A DNA stretch of 64,000 bases, from NCBI GenBank assembly GCA_965204925.1, contig OZ242021.1, forward strand, positions 1,653,500-1,717,499. The letters run 5' to 3'. Shown in pieces: positions 47,473 through 56,119 of the stretch. The stretch comes from Candidatus Poriferihabitaceae bacterium. GTDB taxonomy: Bacteria > Pseudomonadota > Gammaproteobacteria > Arenicellales > Poriferihabitantaceae. The position numbers and the translations under genes are program-made. The first letter of the stretch is position 1, and each line of letters opens with the position of its first letter. Below the pieces are notes generated by a model. The model had not been told where the DNA came from and did no database searches. It saw only the letters and a list, made by a program, of their open reading frames with translations.

Positions 47473-50466
47473 ATGAGGAAAGATACTCGACTGATTGAAC
47501 GCTGGCTGCCGATTGCGGAACTGGGCATAGAGAGCACGCGCGAGCGCACCCCCATGACGCCTTATCCCGCTCCCAACCGCCTGCATGTCTGGTGGGCGCG
47601 GCGGCCGCTGGTGGCGTCGCGCGCCGCTATTCTGGCGTCGCTGCTGCCGGCGGACGCGGACCGTGATCGGTTTCTGCATGTGTTGGGCATTCATGGGGAT
47701 CCGGTGGCAGCGCGTAGAAGACTTGATGCTGCCAAAAAAACCGGGGAGAACCTTGGCCCTGACCCCTATGGTTACAAACGCACATTTTCCTATTCGCCGA
47801 CCGGATGCGATATTGAGTGGGTCGAAGATGTATCCAGCAACAAGGCATCAAGCATCTCGGTTCTGGACCCGACTGCCGGTGGAGGCAGTATTCCAATAGA
47901 AGCGAGTCGTCTCGGGGTCACAGCCTTTGCAAACGACCTGAATCCAGTGGCCGCCTTGATTCTCAGAGCCACAATTGAATGGCCCGCTCGGCATGGTTCT
48001 CAACTGCTATCCGAATTTAACGAACTGGCCGCCGAATTTTTACATCGGGCTGAACCAAAATATCAGGAAATTTTCCCAATGGAGCCGGAAGACAGTCGGG
48101 TTGACGGCTACCTCTGGGCCCGCACAATCACCTGTCCGTACTGTTCCGGTCTGGTGCCGTTGTCGCCGAACTGGCGTCTGGCGCCGGGCGGTATCGGGGT
48201 GCGGTTGAAGCCGGACCCGGGCGCGGGGCCGGGGTCGCAGGGTCGGGTCTGTGCGTTTGAAATTGTGGGAAATGCCGGGGAGCAGTCGGAGGGGACAGTG
48301 GCGCGCGGGGATGGCGCCTGTCCCTGGCCCGATTGCGGCCGCGTCATCGACGGAGATGAAATCAAGCGGCAGGCCCAATCGGGCCGGATGGGTGAGCAGT
48401 TGTATGCCATTGTCTATAAAAAACGGATCAGGACAACCCTGAAGTCGGGCAACCGGGGCAAGGACAAGTGGGCGCGCGGCTATCGGGCTCCCGCGCCTGA
48501 AGACGACAACAGCGCGGACATCGCGGCGCGGCTGGCCGGGAAACTGCCGGAATGGGAGGCGCTGGACAGGGCGCCGAGTGAGAAAATTCCGGATGGCAAC
48601 AAGACCACGGAACCCCAGCGGTACGGCATGCCATACTGGCGCGATTTGTTTTCAGCGCGTCAGCTTCTCTGCCACGGTACCAGCGTCGAAGTCTTTCAGG
48701 AGATGCTGGAGGCCGACCGCAAGGACGGCAAGCTGACCGATGCGCGGCGGGCGGCGTATGGGTATTTGGCATTCGTTATTGATACGTTGCTTGACTACAA
48801 CAATAGATGCAGCGTGTGGGACAACACAATCGGTCGCGTGCGGCACATATTTGCTCGTCATGATTTTGCTTTCATATGGTCCTACGCCGAGATGTCGCCT
48901 CTGGTGACCGGCGTTGGGTATGACTGGGCCATCGAAAAGACCGCCAAGTGCATCCGGGAACTCATATCGCTGTTGCGACCGGACGCGGGCGGCAAGGGCG
49001 GCAGCCGCGACCGGCCCCTGCTCGAAAACGAATATACACCGCCTCCGATTACCATCTCCTGCAAGTCCGGCGACAGCCTCGACCATATCGAAGACGGCAG
49101 TATGGATGCCGTGGTCATGGACCCGCCCTATTACGACAACGTCATGTATGCCGAGCTTTCCGACTTCTTCTATGTCTGGCTCAAGCGCACGGCGGGACAT
49201 GTCTTCCCGGAACTCTTCCGCAGAAATCTCACCGACAAGGAAAGCGAGGCGGTCGCCAACCCGGCGCGGTTTCGGGGGATAAGGGGCGCGAAAGCCCTGG
49301 CCGGCCTCGACTACCGGGAACGCATGGCGTCAATCTTTGCGGAATGCCGCCGGGTCTTGAAAAAAGATGGCATCCTGACGCTGATGTTCACACACAAGGC
49401 GGCCGGCGCCTGGGATGCCCTGGCCAAGGGCCTGATGGAAGCCGGATTCATCGTTACGGCATCGTGGCCGATCAATACCGAGGCGGAGGGCAGCCTGCAT
49501 ATCCGCAACAAGGCGGCGGCCAACAGTACGATTTTCCTGGTATGCCGGCCACGCCCCGTCAAGTCCGCTGACGGTCAAAACCGCTATTGGGAGGATGTCG
49601 AGCCGCAGGTCGCCGCGCAGGTGCGGTCAAGGATTGCGGGATTCCAGGAGGCGGGAATTTCCGGGGTTGACCTCTATCTCGCGTCCTTCGGCCCGGCCCT
49701 TGAGGAATTTTCGCGCCATTGGCCGCTCAGGCGCGGGACGCCGGGCAAGAAGCCGGAGGTATCGCGCGGACGTCAAGCCGGAACGGTTGCCGATGAAGAG
49801 TGGGATCCGTATGCCGTTACCCCGGAAGACGCCCTGAATGTCGCGCGCCGCGAAGTCAAGTCGCAGCGGCTTGAGTCATTGACGCGCAGCGAGGCGAACG
49901 AGGATATGGACCCGGCGACAGCCTTCTTCGTTCTGGCATGGGATGCCTTCCGGGCGCCGGAATTTCCCTATGATGAGGCGCTCAAGCTGGCCCGGGCAAT
50001 CGGCGCCGACCTTGATCGGGACATCCTGGGCAGGTTGGCGCACAAGAAAAACAAGGACATTGTACTGTTAAGCAGTGTGCAGCGGGCGGCCATGGGAACG
50101 CTGGGCCCGGTTGACGGCGCGCGCGGGGTCATTGACAGCATCCATCATGGGGCGCGCCTGGCGCGCACGCGCTCTCTGGCTGCAGCCAGGGATTTCCTCG
50201 GGGAAGCGCAAATACATCGGGGCGACAAGCGGTTCACCACGGCCATGAAGGCGGTACTGGAAGTGTTGCCGGTCGGCAGAACCCTGGCGGTCGGTCCGCG
50301 ATCGGATAGCGACAGGGTCAGCGCCGACGGTGGCGCGCAGCCTGGCGGCCGGATGGAGGAATTCGGCAGTGACTTCGAGGCGCTGTATCACCTGTCGCGC
50401 CTGATTTCCGGGGAGCGGTTCGAGGAGCCGAAACAATTCGATTTTCTGCAGGACGGAATTTCCTGA
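47473..50466 (+). CDS. DUF1156 family DNA adenine methylase
   Basis: LHVWWARRPL, DPTAGGGSIP (SAM binding), NDLNPVA, CPYC..CPWPDC Zn ribbon, DPPYYDN. Confidence 0.92.
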   Translation: MRKDTRLIERWLPIAELGIESTRERTPMTPYPAPNRLHVWWARRPLVASRAAILASLLPADADRDRFLHVLGIHGDPVAARRRLDAAKKTGENLGPDPYGYKRTFSYSPTGCDIEWVEDVSSNKASSISVLDPTAGGGSIPIEASRLGVTAFANDLNPVAALILRATIEWPARHGSQLLSEFNELAAEFLHRAEPKYQEIFPMEPEDSRVDGYLWARTITCPYCSGLVPLSPNWRLAPGGIGVRLKPDPGAGPGSQGRVCAFEIVGNAGEQSEGTVARGDGACPWPDCGRVIDGDEIKRQAQSGRMGEQLYAIVYKKRIRTTLKSGNRGKDKWARGYRAPAPEDDNSADIAARLAGKLPEWEALDRAPSEKIPDGNKTTEPQRYGMPYWRDLFSARQLLCHGTSVEVFQEMLEADRKDGKLTDARRAAYGYLAFVIDTLLDYNNRCSVWDNTIGRVRHIFARHDFAFIWSYAEMSPLVTGVGYDWAIEKTAKCIRELISLLRPDAGGKGGSRDRPLLENEYTPPPITISCKSGDSLDHIEDGSMDAVVMDPPYYDNVMYAELSDFFYVWLKRTAGHVFPELFRRNLTDKESEAVANPARFRGIRGAKALAGLDYRERMASIFAECRRVLKKDGILTLMFTHKAAGAWDALAKGLMEAGFIVTASWPINTEAEGSLHIRNKAAANSTIFLVCRPRPVKSADGQNRYWEDVEPQVAAQVRSRIAGFQEAGISGVDLYLASFGPALEEFSRHWPLRRGTPGKKPEVSRGRQAGTVADEEWDPYAVTPEDALNVARREVKSQRLESLTRSEANEDMDPATAFFVLAWDAFRAPEFPYDEALKLARAIGADLDRDILGRLAHKKNKDIVLLSSVQRAAMGTLGPVDGARGVIDSIHHGARLARTRSLAAARDFLGEAQIHRGDKRFTTAMKAVLEVLPVGRTLAVGPRSDSDRVSADGGAQPGGRMEEFGSDFEALYHLSRLISGERFEEPKQFDFLQDGIS

Positions 50467-50468
50467 GC

Positions 50469-53400
50469 ATGCTTGTCGAGCATAAATGGCGGGTGAAGTA
50501 TACCTCCAGTCATGGCGACCTCGTGCGCCTGTTTTACCTGCCCGCCCTCAGGCAAGCGCGGCGCTATGACCGGCTGACGGGTTACTTCAATGCCGGCGCC
50601 CTGACCCTCGCGGCGCGCGGGATTGAACACCTGGCGCGCAACGACGGACGCATGCGGCTTGTGACAGGGTGCACGCTGGCTCAGCCGGAAATCGACGCGA
50701 TCGAAAAGGGCGAGCGCCTGCGCAGCCAGATCGAACGGCATCTGGGCGCGGCGCCCCTTGTTCCACCGGACGCCGCGTCCAGGGACGCCCTGGAATTGCT
50801 GGCGTGGATGGTGCAATACGGGTTTCTCGAGGTGCGGGTTGCGGTGCCCTGCGGCGCGGATGGCAAGCCAATCCCCGAGGATGGCATCTTCCATGAGAAA
50901 GCGGGGATCATTGAAGATCGGGCGGGGCATAAAATTGCCTGGACCGGAAGCCTGAATGAGACCAGCGCCGGCTGGCGCCACAACTGGGAGAGTTTCAGCG
51001 TGTTTACCAGCTGGGCGGACAGGGAAAGAGTGGATGAGGAGGAAGCCAATTTTCTGCGCATATGGGGCGGCGGTTCTGCAAATTTTATCGTGGTGGATGT
51101 GCCGCAAGCCGTACGGGACGATTTATTGCGGTTTATGCCGGCCGCGGACCCGGTTCGTCTTGCGCATGCAGAAATTGAGCGGCCGCCGCCTGCCTCCCGG
51201 GCGGCGGAGTCGCCGGCGATAACAGATACGGCGCCGCAAGCGCCCCGGTCGGAATGGAAGAGGCGTCGGGTCTGGACCTTGATCCGCGAGGCGCCGGCAT
51301 GGGCGGACAGCGGCGAACAAATCGGCGAGGCAACCTGTGCGGTCAATCCCTGGCCGCATCAGGTGAAGGCCCTGCAACGCCTGTACCGCAGCTGGCCGCC
51401 CAGACTGCTGATTGCCGATGAGGTCGGGCTGGGCAAGACTATTCAGGCCGGCTTGCTGTTGCGCCGGGCGTGGCTGGCGGGACATGCCAGACGGATTTTG
51501 ATTCTGGCGCCGAAGGCGCTGCTCGGACAGTGGCAAATCGAACTGCGCGAGAAGTTTAATCTCAACTGGCCAATTTATGATGGCAATGAGCTGGTATGGT
51601 ATGAATCGCCGGCGCTGCGCGGGCGCAATACACGCAGGGTTGACCGCGACGCCTGGCATCACGAGCCGGTCGTGCTCGCTTCCAGCCAGCTGATGCGCCG
51701 CCGCGAACGAACGGCGGCGTTGCTTGAGCGGGCGGAGCCCTGGGATCTGGTGATTCTGGATGAAGCGCACCATGCCCGTCGGCGGGGCGCCGGCAGTGAT
51801 GTGGAAGGAGGCCCCAACCACCTGCTCAGGCTGATGCAGGGTTTGCAGAAAAAGACACAGGGGCTGGTTCTGTTGACGGCGACTCCGATGCAGGTGCACC
51901 CGATAGAGGTCTGGGATTTGCTGAATCTTCTCGGCTTGCCGCCGCAATGGAGTGAAAGCGGATTTCTGGACTTTGTCAAAACTGTCGCGATACCCGCTCC
52001 AGAGCCGCAGGCGTTTGAGCAAATGGCCCGGCTGTTCCTTTCGGCAGAACAGGCCTACGGCGCAACCGGCGTCGAAAGCGCGGTAAGCATCACCAAGTTA
52101 TCCGGAATCATAACCGGCCATATACTCGCAGCGCTGCGCGACCCCAGCACGATACCGCGCCGGCAATTGCCGCCGCAGCAGCGCCGCGCCGCCGTCAAAA
52201 TCATGCAGGCCAACACGCCGATGCGGCGGTTGGTATCGCGCCATACGCGCCAACTGTTACGCCGGTACTTGCGCGTGGGGATGTTGTCGACGCGGATTGC
52301 CGAGCGCAAGGTCAAGGATCGATTCCTGAAAATGTCACGACCGGAACGGGCGCTGTACGATGCGGTCGAGGATTACATTTGCGAGACTTGGAAGCGGGCC
52401 AGCCAGGAGAAAAAAACCGCTGTGGGATTCGTCATGACGATCTATCACCGGCGGCTGGCGAGCAGTTTCACCGCGTTGCGCAAGACCCTGGAGAAAAGGC
52501 GGGCGGCGCTCGCGGCCGGCCGGTGCGAGGAGCCATTGATCCACGCGGATGACATCGAGGAGGACAGCCTGGAGGAGGAGTTCAGCGACCCTGACGATAC
52601 CGGCAAACTGGCAAGCATGGCGCTGGCCAGTGAAGAGCAGGCTGAAATTGATTACCTGCTGGCGCGCATCGAACAACTGCCGCCCGATACCAAACTGGAG
52701 GCGCTGCGGAAGGTTCTGCGGTCATTGTTTGCCGACGGGTATCGGCGGGTGATGGTGTTCACGCAATATGCGGACAGCATGGATTTTCTGCGCGAGGAAT
52801 TGGGTCGGCATGGAGCATGGCGGATAATGTGCTTTTCCGGCCGCGGCGGAGAGGTGGACGCAAGTGATGGTTCGTGGAAACAGATTAGCCGGGACGATGT
52901 CAAACGGCGGTTTCGGGATGCTGAAGCGGATATCCTGTTATGCACGGACGCCGCGGCGGAGGGCTTGAATTTCCAGTTCTGCGGCGCCCTGGTAAATTAT
53001 GATATGCCGTGGAACCCGATGCGGGTAGAACAGCGTATCGGGCGTATTGACCGCTTGGGGCAGGAAAGTGAAACCATCCGTATCGTCAACCTGCACTATG
53101 AGGATACGGTCGAAACCGATGTGTATCAGGCGCTGGAAAATCGTATTGATCTGTTTCAGTCCGTGGTCGGCAGATTGCAACCCATACTGGCCCGTGTGCC
53201 GCAAGCCATCAAGCAGTCTGTGCTTTCCGGGGCGAGCCGTGAACCCGGCGAGCGTAAGAAGATAGTGGATGTACTGGAGCGCGCAGTGAGCGATTCCGGG
53301 GGCGGGGAGATTAATTGGGATGAGGTGACGGAAAGCGATATCGACATGCCGGCGCGCCCCGATTCACCGATCAAGATGAAGGACCTGGATCGGGTGATCA

Positions 53401-53648
53401 ATAGCGCTGAACTGAGGCCGCAAGGCGTCTGCGTCCAGCCGCTCGGGAAACGGGAATACAGCCTGCTGGCGCCGGGCATGGACGAGCCGTTACGGGTGAC
53501 GACGGACCCGTCCTATTACGAGAAACATGCCGAACATGTGGAACTGTGGTCACCCGGCAATCCCCTGTTCGTAGCGCCTGAATTTGACGGGGTACCCGCA
53601 GAGTCCATCCGGGGCAAGACGTTGCGGGATATTCTGGATGGAGGATGA
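50469..53648 (+). CDS. PLD-nuclease / SNF2 helicase fusion
   Basis: GYF, HEK.G..ED..GSLNET (PLD); ADEVGLGKT, DEAH, LTATP, PWNPMRVEQRIGRIDRLGQ. Confidence 0.92.
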   Translation: MLVEHKWRVKYTSSHGDLVRLFYLPALRQARRYDRLTGYFNAGALTLAARGIEHLARNDGRMRLVTGCTLAQPEIDAIEKGERLRSQIERHLGAAPLVPPDAASRDALELLAWMVQYGFLEVRVAVPCGADGKPIPEDGIFHEKAGIIEDRAGHKIAWTGSLNETSAGWRHNWESFSVFTSWADRERVDEEEANFLRIWGGGSANFIVVDVPQAVRDDLLRFMPAADPVRLAHAEIERPPPASRAAESPAITDTAPQAPRSEWKRRRVWTLIREAPAWADSGEQIGEATCAVNPWPHQVKALQRLYRSWPPRLLIADEVGLGKTIQAGLLLRRAWLAGHARRILILAPKALLGQWQIELREKFNLNWPIYDGNELVWYESPALRGRNTRRVDRDAWHHEPVVLASSQLMRRRERTAALLERAEPWDLVILDEAHHARRRGAGSDVEGGPNHLLRLMQGLQKKTQGLVLLTATPMQVHPIEVWDLLNLLGLPPQWSESGFLDFVKTVAIPAPEPQAFEQMARLFLSAEQAYGATGVESAVSITKLSGIITGHILAALRDPSTIPRRQLPPQQRRAAVKIMQANTPMRRLVSRHTRQLLRRYLRVGMLSTRIAERKVKDRFLKMSRPERALYDAVEDYICETWKRASQEKKTAVGFVMTIYHRRLASSFTALRKTLEKRRAALAAGRCEEPLIHADDIEEDSLEEEFSDPDDTGKLASMALASEEQAEIDYLLARIEQLPPDTKLEALRKVLRSLFADGYRRVMVFTQYADSMDFLREELGRHGAWRIMCFSGRGGEVDASDGSWKQISRDDVKRRFRDAEADILLCTDAAAEGLNFQFCGALVNYDMPWNPMRVEQRIGRIDRLGQESETIRIVNLHYEDTVETDVYQALENRIDLFQSVVGRLQPILARVPQAIKQSVLSGASREPGERKKIVDVLERAVSDSGGGEINWDEVTESDIDMPARPDSPIKMKDLDRVINSAELRPQGVCVQPLGKREYSLLAPGMDEPLRVTTDPSYYEKHAEHVELWSPGNPLFVAPEFDGVPAESIRGKTLRDILDGG

Positions 53649-53756
53649 GGCGCCAAATCCCCCGGCGCCGGGAAGCGTCGCATCCGGTTCGCCGGGCATC
53701 GCCGGCTCTTGCGCCTGTTCGCTCAGATCTCCGCTTCCCGGTCGCGGGTATGCGGG

Positions 53757-54761
53757 CTATCCGATTTTCGCCAGCGCCTTGTCCGGGGTCAGTCGGGTCA
53801 TGCAGTGGTGGTGTCGCAGCGGGCATTGTCGTTGAAAACACGGGCTGCATTCGAGAGCGAGATTCAACAGGTCGGCGCGGGCGGTCAACGGCGGGGTAAA
53901 GCCCGCGCTGGTCGCTCCGTACAGGGCGATTACGTGCCTGCCTGTAGCGGCGGCGACATGCATCAGCCCGGAGTCATTGGTCACGACAGAACGGGCGCAG
54001 GAAATCAGGTCCACGACTTCTTCAAGGCGGGTCTGTCCGCTCAGATCGATGCAAGCGTCTGCGCTCAAGTGATTGATCTGGCGGGCGACCGGCTGATCGT
54101 TTTTAGCGCCAAAAATCCAGACCTGCCAGCCTGCCCTGATTTTGCTGCGGGCGACTTCGGCAAAATACTCGGCAGGCCAGCGCTTGGCAGGGCCGAACTC
54201 CGCTCCCGGGCAAAACGCCAGCACCGGTTTTTCGAGTGTCAATCCCAGCCGCGAGCGGGTTGCCTGTAGCTGCTCGCGGTCGATCTGCAATGCCGGATAC
54301 GGCGGCGCCCCGGAAATCGTCTGTCCCCTGTCGATGCCAAGCGCCGCGTAACGCTGCACATGCAAGGGCATTGCGCGGGCATCCAGGCGCCGGATATCGT
54401 TCAGTAATCCCCAGCGTTGTTCGCCGACATACCCGGTGCGTTTGACAATGCCGGCAAACCAGGGGATCAGCGCCGACTTGAAAGACCCCGGCAATACGAT
54501 GGCCTGGTCGAAGCGATACTGGCGGATGTCTCGCGCCAGCCTCCTGCGGACGCCGAGTTGAAGCCTGCCGTGTCCGACCGGCATTTCGATGGTTGCATGG
54601 ACTTCGGGCATTCTTTGCAGAATCGGCTGACTCCATGCGGGCGCCAGTACCGTGATGCGGGTTTTTGCGGAAGCGGCCTTGATGATCTTGAACAGGCTCT
54701 GCGCCATCACCATATCTCCGACCCAGGAAGGGCCAACCACAAGCAGCCGCCGCTCAGCCAT
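53757..54761 (-). CDS. waaF: LPS heptosyltransferase II
   Basis: VGPSWVGDMVMAQ, PGAEFGPAKRW, NDSGLMHVAAA; start at ATG 54761. Confidence 0.93.
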   Translation of the reverse strand: MAERRLLVVGPSWVGDMVMAQSLFKIIKAASAKTRITVLAPAWSQPILQRMPEVHATIEMPVGHGRLQLGVRRRLARDIRQYRFDQAIVLPGSFKSALIPWFAGIVKRTGYVGEQRWGLLNDIRRLDARAMPLHVQRYAALGIDRGQTISGAPPYPALQIDREQLQATRSRLGLTLEKPVLAFCPGAEFGPAKRWPAEYFAEVARSKIRAGWQVWIFGAKNDQPVARQINHLSADACIDLSGQTRLEEVVDLISCARSVVTNDSGLMHVAAATGRHVIALYGATSAGFTPPLTARADLLNLALECSPCFQRQCPLRHHHCMTRLTPDKALAKIG

Positions 54762-54835
54762 TGCCGCTCGATTCGTGCGGTTGCCGCTGTCGATAGCCGG
54801 CCAGTCCGGAATCGGGCAGGGAGGCCTGCTCCCGG

Positions 54836-55084
54836 TTACGGATGAGCGGCCGCCGCCGGGTCCACAAGCACATACAGTGTGCCGCAATACGGGCAAAGCT
54901 CCTGTCCGCTGTCGGCAATCGGCAAATAAACTTTCGGGTGGGAGTCCCACAGGCGCTTGCCGGGCATGGGGCAATGCAATGGCAGATCCGCTACGGTGAC
55001 CTCAACCCGGTTACGATCATTCGGTACATCGTTGCCGGCGGCCGACGGCGCGGCGGCGCTGTCGGTTCGACAGGGTTCAGACAT
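54836..55084 (-). CDS. zf-CHCC zinc-finger protein
   Basis: LPLHCP..WDSHPKVYL..CPYCGT; usual neighbour of ilvE. Confidence 0.88.
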   Translation of the reverse strand: MSEPCRTDSAAAPSAAGNDVPNDRNRVEVTVADLPLHCPMPGKRLWDSHPKVYLPIADSGQELCPYCGTLYVLVDPAAAAHP

Positions 55085-55997
55085 AGGTCAGCCAATCCCT
55101 GTATTCGGGGATACGGCCATGCGCGGCATCGAAAAAGCGGGACTGGATTCTTGCGGTGATCGGACCTCGGGAACCGTTGCCGATACGGCGATTGTCCAGT
55201 TCGCGAATCGGCGTAACTTCCGCCGCCGTGCCGGTGAAGAAGGCTTCATCGCAAATATAGACTTCATCGCGGGTAATACGTTTTTCAACCAGTTGCAGGC
55301 CTTCGTCAGCGATGAGCCGGATCACCGTATTGCGCGTAATGCCGTCGAGAGCCGAAGTCAGATCCGGAGTGTATATGACGTTGTCGCGCACAATGAACAG
55401 GTTCTCGCCGCTGCCTTCCATTACAAAACCATTGGTATCCAGCAATAACGCTTCGTCGTAGCCCGTGTCGATCGCTTCCTGCAGAGCCAGCATCGAGTTG
55501 ATATAGTGTCCATTGGCTTTTGCCCGGCACATCGCGACATTGACATGATGGCGGGTATAGGACGATACACGCACACGGATGCCGGAGCGCAGGCTTTCTT
55601 CACCCAGGTATGTTCCCCATTGCCAGGCGGCGACGATGACATGCACCTTCAGATTGTCTGCCCGAATGCCCATTCCTTCCGAGCCATAGAAAGCCATGGG
55701 CCGCAAATATCCGGTTTCCAGTTTGTTCTGTCTGAGCGACTCGACCTGCGCTTCAATCAGTGTCTGTTGGTCGAAGGGGATTTCCATGCGGAGGATATGA
55801 GCGGACTGGAACAATCGCCGGGTATGCTCGCGCAGACGGAAAATCGCGGGCCCCTGGGCCGTCCTGTAGGCGCGCACTCCTTCGAATACGCCCATGCCGT
55901 AGTGCAGGGTATGGGTCAGCACATGGATCGTTGCGTCGCGCCACGGGACCATCTCACCGTCCATCCATATTACGCCGTCGCGGTCACTGAACGACAT
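55077..55997 (-). CDS. ilvE: Branched-chain amino acid aminotransferase
   Basis: LHYGMGVFEGVRAY, AKANGHY, EGSGENLF, GITR, FTGTAAEVTP. Confidence 0.96.
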   Translation of the reverse strand: MSFSDRDGVIWMDGEMVPWRDATIHVLTHTLHYGMGVFEGVRAYRTAQGPAIFRLREHTRRLFQSAHILRMEIPFDQQTLIEAQVESLRQNKLETGYLRPMAFYGSEGMGIRADNLKVHVIVAAWQWGTYLGEESLRSGIRVRVSSYTRHHVNVAMCRAKANGHYINSMLALQEAIDTGYDEALLLDTNGFVMEGSGENLFIVRDNVIYTPDLTSALDGITRNTVIRLIADEGLQLVEKRITRDEVYICDEAFFTGTAAEVTPIRELDNRRIGNGSRGPITARIQSRFFDAAHGRIPEYRDWLTYV

Positions 55998-56119
55998 GAT
56001 ACCTTCCGCTAGCCGGCTTTCCCGTCAATGTCTTTTGCACAGGCGTCATTTCCACATTTGTATTTTGCATCAGGTTCTGGCAATCCGGGCTGTAAAATAA
56101 ACCACCGGCCTTCATTCTG

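Noticed and set aside
47171..47476. 101 aa ORF between higA and DUF1156
   Set aside because: Overlaps higA and runs through the palindromic element; no motif or RBS.
40913..53760. Defence locus as an integrative element or prophage
   Set aside because: No integrase, tRNA, att-like flanking repeats or phage structural genes were seen.
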